DNA from: Dictyostelium discoideum
Taxonomy: Eukaryota
DNA: 64,000 nucleotides
Direction: 5' to 3'
NCBI GenBank assembly: GCA_000004695.1
Contig: CM000152.2
Span: 64,001-128,000, forward strand
Position 1 is the stretch's first letter; every line of letters starts with the position of its first letter. The translations under genes were made by a program, and so were the position numbers. A model generated the notes under the pieces. It was not told the DNA's origin. It searched no databases and was given only the letters and a program-made list of their open reading frames with translations. This document shows positions 13,134-24,367 of this stretch, in pieces.

Positions 13134-13611
13134 TAATAAATAATAATAATAAATAATATAGTCCGCCTCAGCAGATCAAATTCAAGAATGTTTCAGTATC
13201 TTTGATAAAGATAATGACGGTAAGGTCTCAGTTGAAGATATTGGAGCTTGTTTAAGATCATTAGGTAAAAGCCCAACCATGGCAGATATTGAAGCATTAA
13301 AGACTGAAATTGGTGCTAAAGAATTTGATATCAATACATTAAAGAGCATTTACAAGAAACCAAACATTAAAACTCCACAAGAGCAACAAAAGGAAATGTT
13401 AGATGCATTCAAAGCCCTCGATAAAGAAGGCCATGGTACCATTCAAGGTGCTGAATTACGTCAATTATTAACCACTCTTGGTGATTACTTATCAACCGCT
13501 GAAGTTGATGAATTATTTAAGGAAATCTCTGTCGATAGTACTACTGGTGCCGTTTCATATGCAAGCTTAGTCAATACCATCGTTTCTGGTTATCCATTAG
13601 GCGGTTTCTAA
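12885..13611 (+). CDS. mlcE: Myosin II essential light chain (EF-hand), 150 aa; exon 1 is the ATG alone (12885..12887), 279-nt intron, exon 2 13162..13611
   Basis: Exon 2 translates SASADQIQECFSIFDKDNDGKVSVEDIGACLRSLGKSPTMADIEALKTEIGAKEFD...VSGYPLGGF. With the initiator Met this matches the Dictyostelium MlcE protein as I recall it. aaaATG|GTAAAT at 12885 and the acceptor atatag| at 13161 give an intron directly after the start codon. Confidence 0.85.
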
Positions 13612-13988
13612 ATTATTATTATATAAAAAAAAAAAAAAAAAAAATGAAATTTATTTTTAAATTATCATAAAATAGAAAAAAAAAAAAAAAACATTTAAAA
13701 AAACACTAAAAAATCCATATAATAAAAAATTGTAATAATTAAAAAAACAAAAAAGAAAAAAAAAAAAAAACAAACTGTTTTCTATTTTCATTTATTTCAA
13801 AGATTTAAATTTTCATATTTTCATTATTTTTAACAATCCAGAAGAAATCAAACCACACAAAAAAAATAAAAAAAAATTAAAAAAATAAAAAAAAATAAAA
13901 AAAAATAAAAAAAAATAAAAAAAAATAAAAAAATATAATATACACAATCAAAATTGTTTCTGAAGTCGTATTCTTTTTTTTTTTCTAA

Positions 13989-14014
13989 AGATAAACCTTC
14001 ATGAAGGTTTATCT
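13989..14014. promoter_or_regulatory. Perfect 26-bp palindrome AGATAAACCTTCA|TGAAGGTTTATCT between mlcE 3' end and the OYE gene
   Basis: Read directly: the two 13-nt arms are exact reverse complements with no spacer. It is embedded in otherwise low-complexity poly-A/T DNA. It could be a dimeric transcription-factor site or an RNA hairpin/terminator. Confidence 0.5.
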
Positions 14015-14205
14015 ATTTTTAGTCAGAAACCAATGTTATTCTTTTTTAAATAGATATTTTTTTTTTTTTTTTTTTTTTACTAAAAAAAAATGTATAAATT
14101 AAAAAAAAAAAAAAAATTATTTTAAATCATTAATAAAAATAAATCAATAATACAATAAAATAAACTTTTTTTTTTTTTTTCTTAAATTATAGTTTTTATA
14201 AATAT

Positions 14206-14241
<36 letters not shown>

Positions 14242-14242
<1 letters not shown>

Positions 14243-15471
14243 TGGAATTTAAATATACATTTAATAAACCAATTAACTACATATCAGCTGGATCAATTGT
14301 AAATCAAGATCATATTGGTGATTCAAGTTCATCAAATGAAAAAGATGATAAACCAAAATTATTTTCACAATTAAAAATTAAGAATTTAAAATTAAAAAAT
14401 CGTATAGTTGTTAGTCCAATGTGTCAGTATTCAAGTTTAGATGGATATTTTAATGATTGGCATTTTAGTCATTATTCAAATTTTGCAAAAGGTGGTGCAA
14501 GTTTAGTAATAATTGAAGCAACATCAGTTGTACCAGAAGGTCGTATCACATATGGTGATGCAGGACTTTGGAAAGATTCTCAAATTGATGGATTAAAGAG
14601 AATCGTTGATTTTTCACATGAATTTGATAGTAAAGTTGGTATTCAACTTGGACATGCAGGTCGAAAAGGATCAAGTATTCCATTGTTTTTAGAAGGTGCC
14701 AGAAATTCAAATTCAATTCCAAACAATGATCCAAGTGGTAATGGTTGGAATGTATATGCACCATCGTCAATCCAATGGAGTGATAAAATGTCAATACCAA
14801 TTGAAATGTCAATTAATGATATTGAAAATGTTATTGAATCATTCAAGAAATCAGCAATAAGATGCGCTAAAGCTGGTATCGATTTAATTGAAATTCATGC
14901 TGCCCACGGTTACTTAATCAATCAATTCCTTTCATCAACTTCAAATAAACGTACCGATAGTTATGGTGGTGGCTCATTCGATGGTAGAATTAAATTACTA
15001 ATTGAAATCGTTAAATCAGTTCGTTCAGTTTGGCCAACTGAAAAGCCATTAGCTGTTAGAATATCTGCTGATGAATGGGTAGAGAATGAAAATGGTTGGG
15101 ATTTAAATGATTCAATTAAATTGGCAGAAATTTTAGAATCATTAGATGTTGATTTAATTGATGTTTCGACTGGTGGTAATAATAGTAAACAAAAGATTAC
15201 TTCAAAACCATTATATCAAGTACCATTCTCTCATGAAATTAAACAATTAATTTTAAAACGTTCTGGTAAATTATTAGTTTCCTCTGTTGGTTTAATTACA
15301 ACTGCTAATGAAGCTGAATCAATCCTTCAATCAAATAGTTCGGATTTAATAATGTTTGGTAGAGCTTTTCTTAGAAATCCTTTCTTACCAATTGAATTCG
15401 CTCATCAATTAAAATTAAGAATTGATTACACTTTACAATATCAACCATCAAGAATTCGTTATACAAATTAA
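14242..15471 (+). CDS. NADH:flavin oxidoreductase, Old Yellow Enzyme / YqjM family, 409 aa, single exon
   Basis: The N-terminal FMN-binding region (RIVVSPMCQYSS..DGYFNDWHFSHYSNFAKGGASLVIIEATSV) and the HAAHGYLINQFLSSTSNKRTDSYGG active-site region are characteristic of OYE-family TIM-barrel flavoenzymes. Confidence 0.8.
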
Positions 15472-15951
15472 AAAAAAAAAAAAAAAAAACAATTAAAGAT
15501 TTAAATTGAACTTTTTTTTGTTTTGACAAATTAATAAATATATTTCTAAAATTTCATTTATTTTATTTTATTTTTTATTTTTTTAGAAATGAAAAAAAGT
15601 AAAAATGATTAAAAAAATAAATAAATAAATAATATTTATTAAAAATAAAAATAAATAATAACGATTAAAAAAAAAAAAAAAAAAAAAATCTTTGAAAAAT
15701 TTTCCATATATTTGTTTTTTTTTTTTTATATTTTAATGTATATCTTGAAATTAAGATATTGGATTTTAAATATTTTTGGAATTTAATTCTTTGAATAATT
15801 GGACGTAGGATGTGTTTTTTTTTTTCATTTTTTAAAAAAAAAAAAAAAAAAATTTTGAAAGTTTTATTTTTTTTTTTATTTAAATTTTTTTTTTTATTTT
15901 TTATTTAACAATTCAAAAAAAAAAAAAAAAAAAAAAGGAATAACAAAAAGA

Positions 15952-16234
15952 ATGGAGAATCAACAACCAGAACAACAAAAAACACAAGAAGAAGAACAAC
16001 CACAATTAATTGAAAGAGAAATTGAAGGTGTAACAGTTATTCCACCACCATTCATTCAAGATCCAATAAACAGTGACACAAACATTATTCAAAAACAAGA
16101 GGTTGAACCATTAACGGAAACAAGAGACGAGACATCTCGTGATCTTTTAAAAACTATTCATTGTAGATTATGTGACTGTAAAATATTAACTCCAAATAAT
16201 GCTAAATTAGTTGAAAAACAAGTAAATATCTTTG

Positions 16235-16273
<39 letters not shown>

Positions 16274-16553
16274 TTTTTTTAATTTACTAAACAAAAAAAA
16301 AAAAAAAAAAAAAAAAAAATTACAAAAATAGATTACATTTATTCATAAAAAACAAAGTAATACAGCAGAGCAATTAAAATATATGTGGTTTTTACCAGAT
16401 ATGTTTTCATTTGAAAATATTGCATTTTCCAAGGATGTAAATGCCACACATAAATATTTAACATGCGCAGAGTGTGAAGCTGAAGTCATTGGAATTCATT
16501 ATATTTCATCAAAAGAAAATTATGTTGCACATGATAGAATTGTTTATAAATAA
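15952..16553 (+). CDS. Mss4/Dss4-like Rab guanine-nucleotide exchange factor (RABIF family), 164 aa; exons 15952..16221 and 16332..16553
   Basis: Exon 2 (YMWFLPDMFSFENIAFSKDVNATHKYLTCAECEAEVIGIHY) aligns with the human MSS4 core HWLVEDMFIFENVGFTKDV...FLVCADCEIGPIGWH. Exon 1 supplies the first CxxC pair (HCRLCDC) of the zinc site. Donor CAA|GTAAAT, acceptor aaaatag|, phase 0. Confidence 0.7.
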
Positions 16554-16625
16554 ATAAAATTTAAAAATAATAATATAAAGATAATTAAAAATAGATTTTT
16601 TTTTTTTTTTTTTTCCTCCAAAAAT

Positions 16626-16664
<39 letters not shown>

Positions 16665-16767
16665 CGATTTTTTTTTTTTTTTTAAATTTTATATTTTTTT
16701 TATTTTTTTTATTTATTTTACTTTTTTATTTTACTTTTATTTTATTTATGTTTAAACACTAAATATT

Positions 16768-17314
16768 TTAATTGTCACAGGTGATTGCGTATTTGATGAG
16801 GAGATCAACAACTTTTTGTTTGTTGGCAGCAGTTTCGTTTCTGATGGTATCAATTTCTTTGTTAGCGTTGGTGGCTAATTGTGAAGCAGTTTCAGATGAA
16901 GCACCTAAATACTATAATTTTATAAAAAAAAAAATATAATACATTAATAAATGAGTTTAAAATAGATTATTATTATTTTTTTTAAAAAAAATGTGGTATT
17001 AAGAGATATTTTTTTTTTTTTTTTTTCCACACCACCATTTTTAAAAAAAAAAAAAATAATAATAATGTATAATCGTTTTTACTAATATACATTTTTATAA
17101 TTATTAATTTTAAATAAAATAAAATTTAACTTACTTTTGATTCATATTCTTTGTATTCTTTATCTTTTTTCTCTCTAAATTCTTTGATTTCTTTTTCAGC
17201 TTCTTCGACTGCTTTCTTTAATTTTTGAACTCTATCTTGTCTGGCATCTGCAACGATTTTTTGTGCAGTTCTTTCAGCATCTAATAATTTCTTAATACCG
17301 TCTTCTGATGACAT
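16768..17314 (-). CDS. vatG: Vacuolar H+-ATPase subunit G, 107 aa; exons 17314..17135 and 16911..16768
   Basis: Exon 1 (MSSEDGIKKLLDAERTAQKIVADARQDRVQKLKKAVEEAEKEIKEFREKKDKEYKEYESK) has the conserved V-ATPase G N-terminal coiled-coil signature (GIQQLLxAEKxAxxxVxxARKxKxxRLKQAKEEA). The donor is AAA|GTAAGT. Exon 2 (YLGASSETASQLATNANKEIDTIRNETAANKQKVVDLLIKYAITCDN) follows an aaaattatag| acceptor in phase 0. Confidence 0.8.
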
Positions 17315-18031
17315 TTTATTTATATATTATATATTATATATTTATGTTATATTAAAAAAAAAAAAAGTTTATGAAAAATAAAAAAAAAAAAAAAATAAAA
17401 AATTTAAAAAAAAAAAATTAAAAAAAAATCAAAAAAAAAAAAAAAAATTTAAAAAAAAAAAATAAATTTCCCAGGAAAAAACTTTTGTTTTGAGTTTTTT
17501 TCTTTTTTTTATTTTTTTTTTATTTTTTTTTTTCTGTTTATTGTTTTCATTTTAATTTAAAATTGAAATGTAACCAGGACAAATTTAAACAAATAAAAAT
17601 AATCGATAAAAGAAAAAACAAAAATTAATTAAAATGAAAAAAAAAAAAAAATTAATTAAAATTAAAAAAAAAAAAATAAAAAAATAAATAATAAAAAAAA
17701 AAAACAAAAAAAAAAAAATGGATATTTTATAATTGTAAATCAATTTCATTTTTAGTATCAAAAAAAAAAAAAAAAAAAAAAGTGAAACCAGGACCCCTTT
17801 TAGTTACGTTATAAATTTTTTAACTTAAATTATTAAAATAAAAAAATAAAATGTGTATTTGTTTAGTTTTTTTTTTTTTTTTTTAATTTTATTTTATTAT
17901 TTTTTTTATTTTTTTTTGGAAATCATAGAAAAGAAAAAAAAAAAAAAAAATTGGAATTGGTTTTTTTTTCCAATTCCAAAGATAATTTAAATTCCAATTG
18001 TTTTTTTTTTTTGCCATATTTGAGTTGGGGG

Positions 18032-18062
<31 letters not shown>

Positions 18063-18289
18063 TTTTTTGTTTTAAAATATGGATTAATCTTTATATATAA
18101 ATGAATACTAGAAGCCACTCAACTTTTATTTATTTTCAAAGGTATCCACAAATACTCCAAAAATTTAATTTTAATAAAAGGGGAATAGTGAAATGAAAAA
18201 AAAAAAAAAATTAAAGAATGGCGTGATAAAAATCACCTTTACTCTTTCCTAAAATGAGAAAACTTTTTGTGAGGTTAGAAAATTTTTTG

Positions 18290-18334
<45 letters not shown>

Positions 18335-18866
18335 AAATAAAATAAAATAAAAAAAATAAAAACCACCTTTGGAAAAAAAAAAAAAAAATAAATAATGTAA
18401 AAGTGTTTTCAACAATAAAAAATTTATAAATAGAAACTTTTTTTTGAAATATTTTCAAAATAAAATCTGGAACTGCCTTTCAAGGAAATTGAAATCTGTT
18501 ATTTTTTAAAAAAAATGGTGAATCTTAATCACCATACCCACGCATTTCTTTTCAAATGTTGTGACTCTTCGCACTTTCCAGAATTTTATTTTTTTTTATT
18601 TTTATTTTTTTTTTTTTTTAATTTTTTTTTTTTTATTAATTTTATATTTTTTTTTTTTTTTTTTCATTTTTCAAACTAAATTAATTTAATTTTTGATTAA
18701 AAGAAATTACCTGGTTTTATTTTATTTTTTTTAAATTCATTTAATTAATAAATAATTTTTTTTTTTTTCATTTTTTTTTTTTTACTCAATTCAAAATAAA
18801 TTAAAAAATTTTTTATTTTAAAAATTCAATCAATTAATAATAATTTTAAATATAAAAATATATGAA

Positions 18867-18904
<38 letters not shown>

Positions 18905-19007
18905 CAACAATATCATTCAACAATAATAATAATTTTAAATATAATAATATTAATAAACAATAGTTTTAATTTTAGTTTTTTTTTTTTTAAAAATAAAAAT
19001 AAATAAA

Positions 19008-19317
19008 ATGGTTATGACAATTTCTCCAACGTTTCAATTTTTTTCAAATTATTTTAAAACAGCATGGGATTATTTATCAAATAATAATTATAGTGAATTA
19101 AATAATAATAAAAATAATAATAAAAATAATAATAATAAAAATAATAATTTTAATAATAATAGTAATAATAACAATAATAATAATAATAATAAAGAATTAG
19201 ATGTAAATATGTTTTTTCAAGATCAACAATTTGAAGATATAACTTCAATATTGGATAGTCCAAATGGTATAAATTTATTTTTTGAAGAATTTAAAAAAGA
19301 ACAAGAATTATTAGAAT

Positions 19318-19383
<66 letters not shown>

Positions 19384-19922
19384 TAATAATTGAAGAAGAT
19401 AATATTAAAAATAATTTTATAGATGATAATAAATTAATAACATTAATAAATAATAATCAAGAGATAATTCAAGCCAATCATTATGTATATAGAGCATTAT
19501 CATGGTTATTAAAACATGATTCATACTATGTTATGAATAATGATAATTATGAAATCCATCAATTAATTTTCCATTCAATATCGTGTGTTAAAAATATATT
19601 GGAACTTCATGAAATTCCATCCACTTTCTTACCAATTGTAATTATGTATGCCGATAATTTTGTTAAACGTTGTGGAATCAATAATAAACAATTGTTAAAT
19701 TTATTAATTTCAAGTTCAATAGTTTGTGTAAAATTCTATGGTGAAAGTGTAGCTGTCGATCATAAAGTTTTAGGTGGCTATTTCAATCTTACCAATAAAG
19801 ATCTTTGTTATATGGAAAGATTGTTTTTAAATGGTATCAATTTTCAACTTTATTCAAATAATAGCCAAGTTTTAGAATTTTTAGATTCAATCGAAAAAGA
19901 AAAACAATCTTTTGTTATATAA
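19008..19922 (+). CDS. PHO80-like cyclin domain protein, 304 aa, single exon
   Basis: The C-terminal half (VKFYGESVAVDHKVLGGYFNLTNKDLCYMERLFLNGINFQLY) follows the PHO80/Pcl cyclin pattern KF.DD..Y.N..WAKVGGIS..ELN.LE.EFL.LLDF.L. The N-terminal 130 aa is poly-Asn low complexity. Confidence 0.45.
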
Positions 19923-20074
19923 AAATAATAAAAAGAAAAAAAAAAAAAGAAAATTACCGATTCAATGTACATAAAATTTAACAAATCTCTTATTTATTTA
20001 TTTAATTATAATATAAATTTCAACCTGTAAATAAATCAAAAAAAATAAAATAAAATAAAATAAAATTATACATA

Positions 20075-20116
<42 letters not shown>

Positions 20117-20464
20117 TCATTCCATTTTAATTTTATTTTTATTAACCCATAATTTTGTCACATCTGTTTTAAAATTTAAATAAATCATATAAATATTCAT
20201 TTTTTTTAAAATAAATATTATTATAATTATTTTTAATTTTAATTATATTTTTAACCTTTATTAAATACATATATTTTTTCCATATCAAATAAAATTTTTA
20301 TAAATTAATTAAAACAAAATAATAAAAAAATTATAAAGTAAAAAAAAAAAAAAAAAAAAATTATTGTTTTAATAAATTAATATTTTACAGAATATAAAGG
20401 TATAATAAAAACTATTAAAAGTTGTTTTATTTATATATATTTATTTAATTTTTAATTTTTTTTT

Positions 20465-20632
20465 TTACAAGTCTTCTTTGTCGTATTTTTCATAGAAAGC
20501 AACTCTTTCTCTTTGCTTTTTTTTATCAACGCCATATTTAAAGAAACAACCTGCAATTGAACCTAAAATAAGGGCAACTCCAATATCTTGAACGAGTTGA
20601 GATTTAACAACTTTTGGTAATGCGTGTGTCAT
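20465..20632 (-). CDS. Cytochrome c oxidase subunit VII isoform, 55 aa (one of the oxygen-regulated VIIe/VIIs pair)
   Basis: This small ORF is absent from the ORF track (below its length cut-off). Minus-strand translation is MTHALPKVVKSQLVQDIGVALILGSIAGCFFKYGVDKKKQRERVAFYEKYDKEDL, a single-pass TM protein. It is a paralog of the ORF at 21494..21655, in the same orientation and ~860 bp away. That matches the known tandem cxgE/cxgS arrangement in Dictyostelium, recalled from the literature. Confidence 0.55.
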   Translation of the reverse strand: MTHALPKVVKSQLVQDIGVALILGSIAGCFFKYGVDKKKQRERVAFYEKYDKEDL

Positions 20633-21176
20633 CTTTTTTTTTTTTTTTTTTATATTTATTATTATTATTATTATATTTTATTAAATTAATAATTTGTTTT
20701 AATAATTTTTTTATTTTTTTGTTTTTTTTTTTTTTTATATAAATATAAATGGTAGGTTTAAAATTGATATCTTACATTGTAATGTATTATGTATAGAAAA
20801 AAAAAATAATGGCTATGGATAAATTTTTTTTTTTTTTTTTTTTTTATTATTGAAGAAAAAAAAAAAAAAAATTAAGAAAATTAAATAAAATTAAAAAAAA
20901 ATATTAAACAATGGATGGTGAGTAGATTTTGTTGAAAATTTTGTTCGTTCAATCAATATTCCAATAAATAAATGAAATTTCATTTCCAGAGATCATTTTC
21001 CAAAAAAAAAATAAAAAATAAAAAAATAAAAAAAAATAAAAAAAAAAAAAAAAACAATAACAAAAAAACAATAACAAAAAAAAAAAAAAAAAAAAAAGAT
21101 TTATTTAAACTATTTGCTAGTGTTTAAATTTAAACAGTATTGTATATCCATTTTAAATTATTTGTTTATTTTGCGT

Positions 21177-21215
<39 letters not shown>

Positions 21216-21493
21216 CCTTTCAATTTTCTACCAATTTTTTTTTAACACATCAAAAAAAAAAAAAAAAAAAAAATCAAAAAAAAAATAAAATAATAATAAA
21301 AGTGAAATAGAGAAATTTAAATTAAAATCAAATCGAAAATAATGTTAAAAGGTAGTGTATTTGTTATATTGACATTGTTTTTTTTATTTTATTTTTTTTT
21401 ATATATAAATTTCTTTTAGTTGTTGGTTTTTTTTCTTAATATTATTGAACTTTACAACTTTTATTTTAATTTACTTTATATTAATGTTACTAT

Positions 21494-21655
21494 TTAATTT
21501 CTCTTATCATAGGCAGCGTAAAAATCTTCTCTTTTTTGGATAGATTGGCCAATTTGATATTTGAACCAAACACCTGGGATGATACCTAAAAGGAGACCAT
21601 AACCAATATCTTTGGTGATATGCATTTTAATGAGAGCTGGTAATGCGTGGGACAT
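21494..21655 (-). CDS. Cytochrome c oxidase subunit VII isoform, 53 aa (second member of the tandem pair)
   Basis: Minus-strand translation is MSHALPALIKMHITKDIGYGLLLGIIPGVWFKYQIGQSIQKREDFYAAYDKRN. It shares the M[ST]HALP start, the KDIG motif, a central hydrophobic helix, and the FKY...YxxYDK C-terminus with 20465..20632. Confidence 0.55.
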   Translation of the reverse strand: MSHALPALIKMHITKDIGYGLLLGIIPGVWFKYQIGQSIQKREDFYAAYDKRN

Positions 21656-23205
21656 CTAATTAATTTATTTTGTTTATTTATTTAATGTTATTAGTATTCA
21701 TTTTATATTTTATTTTAGTGATCAATAAAAAATAAAAAAACACTTACTTTATTTATTTTATGTGATTGAAGTGTATGTATGCGAAAAAAAATATGAAAAT
21801 TTTTTACACTATAAAATTTTTAAAAAAAATAAAAAAAAAAAAAATAAAAAAAAATAAAAAAAAAATAAAAAAAAATAAAAAAATTATCAAAAAAAAACAA
21901 AAAAAATTACAAAAATGAATGTATATTCATTTCACTGTTCATAATCCCACTTTTTCACAGAAACTTTAAAAAAAAAAACAATAAAATAAAATAATTTTTT
22001 ATACACAATTAAAAACAAATATATTTAAATAATCATTTTTTATTTTTTATTTTTTTTTATTTATTTTTTATTTTATTATTATTTATTTTTTATTTTATTA
22101 TTATTTATTCATTTTTTTTTTTATTATTTCTCAAATGGGTCCAAGTGTGTTAAGATATTAATATCAAAAAAAAAAAAAAAAAAAAATATATAAATAAAAA
22201 GTATATATTGTAAAAACCATTCAAGTTTGAGCACATACATATTAATTTTATATGGGCTCCCATATAAAAATATTTGAAATTACAAAAAGTGCGCAAATTT
22301 GAATGGTTTTTACAACAAGTATTTGCAACCCAAATTAAGTTAATAAACCAAAAAAAAGAGACTAATTTTAAACATAAAGATTTTAATTTTTTTTTTAATA
22401 TTGAACATTCTTTATTTTTTTTTTTTTTATTTGTCATTTTATTTTTTTTTTTTTTATTATATTTTATTTTATTTTTGAAAATTGAGTTGAAAAAAAATTA
22501 GAAAATAAAAAATACCTTTTTCCAGTTTTCCTAAAATAAGTAATACAAAATTTGCACTGTCGGACTTTACCCCAAAATTATTTTTTTTGATGTTTTATAA
22601 ATTAATTTAAATAATTTTAAATAATAATAATGAACATAAAATTGTAATAATATTTGATATTTCAAACAAAGATGAAATAAAAAATAAATAAAATATAAGA
22701 ATAAATTTAGTTTGATATTAAAATAATTATTGATTAGTGGGAAAAAAAAAAATTAATATATTTCAAGTGAATAAAAAAAAAAAAATTTTAAAAAAAAAAA
22801 ATGAAATAACGAATGGTGGAAAAAAAAAAATAACGAAAAAAATAATGCACTTTGTAAAACTGAAATTTTTCAATTTTTGAAATTTTTTTTTTTTTTATTG
22901 TTTTTTTACGCAGATACCAAACACGTAAGTTATTACATATCATGTATCACTTAGGGTCGCTATGTCACTCTCTCAATCAATTTCTTGGTGATGATTTAGC
23001 TATACTTCAATTTATAATAATAGATTTATTTGGATTCAATTAAAATGTTAAAGATTATATTGGGTTTGATAATGGATTGAAACCTATCACACAGAGAGAA
23101 AATGAGAAAAAGGATAGAGAGTGTACACAGAGATTATAAGTGGGACTCAATCAATCAACCAACTTCAACATCAGCTACTAATTTATAAATTAACCTATAG
23201 ATAAA

Positions 23206-23758
23206 ATGATCTCCAAATTCTCTCTCTTTGTCGAAATCGGACGTGTTGTTGTCATCAACTATGGTGAATACATCAACAAAACTGCCGTCATCATTGATGT
23301 CTTGGATCAAAACAGAGTATGTATTTCACACAATCAATTTGGGTTGTTGGTATGAAATTAAAGAACTAACAAAATTATTTATTATTAATAATTAGGCTTT
23401 AGTTGCTGGTCCACACAGTGGCGTCGAACGTCACATCATTAACTTCAAATGGATCAATCTTACTCCATTAAAAGTTAACATCCAAAGAGGTGCCAGAATT
23501 AACACCCTCATCGCTGCCATCAAAGCTGCTGACCTCGAAACCAAAATTGCTGCCCTCTCTGCCGTTAAGAAAATCAACGCAAGAGCCACCAAATCAAACC
23601 AAACTGATTTCGAACGTTTCAAAGCCAACCTCATCAGACGTAAACTCAACAAGAAAGTTTCAGGTGAAGTTAAGAAATTAGTTAACATTGCCAACAGAGC
23701 TGCTCACAAGAAAGCTGTTGCCCAAAAAGCTGCTGGTCACGTCAAGAAAACTTTATAA
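23206..23758 (+). CDS. rpl14: 60S ribosomal protein L14 (eukaryotic L14e, KOW domain), 157 aa; exons 23206..23316 and 23396..23758
   Basis: Translation is [37 protein letters not shown]|[59 protein letters not shown]..., the RPL14e signature. Codon usage (GCC/ATC/AAC/GTC rich) is typical of highly expressed Dictyostelium genes. Donor AGA|GTATGT, acceptor taattag|, phase 0. Confidence 0.85.
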
Positions 23759-24367
23759 ATAAAATGTTTACTAATAATATAAAATTTTAAAAATATATAA
23801 AAACTATTAGTATTATTTTAGACCTCAAAAAAAAAAAGGATTTTTTATAGGTTACCCAACATTTATATCTCAAATTTTAAAAAACTTCAATTAGATTAAT
23901 TTTAAGAATGTTAATAATATTGGATTATTTTAATTTAAAAAGATATCAAAACTATTTTTTTTTTTTACTTTTTTTATTCATTTGTGTTGAATTGTATTAA
24001 TATAGATTTTCATTTTATTTTATAATTTCCTTAAAAATATGGATAAAAATAAAAATAGATTCAAATGAATTGTTTTAGATATATATTTTTTTTTTTTTTA
24101 TTTTTTTTTAATTTGGAAATAATAGAAAAAGGTTTAAAATTATTGGATATTAATTTGGTCATATTTTAAAATTAGGTGAAGGTTTAACCATTGATGAAAT
24201 TAATAAAGGATTATTTTATTTTTTTTATTTTTATTTTTTTTTTTTTCATTTTTTTATTTTTTTTTATTTTTTTTTTTTTTATTTTTCATAATTTTCATTC
24301 AAGAACGAACATATATATTTTTTCTATTTTTTTTTTTTTTTTTCTAAAACAAAAGAAATAAATAATT

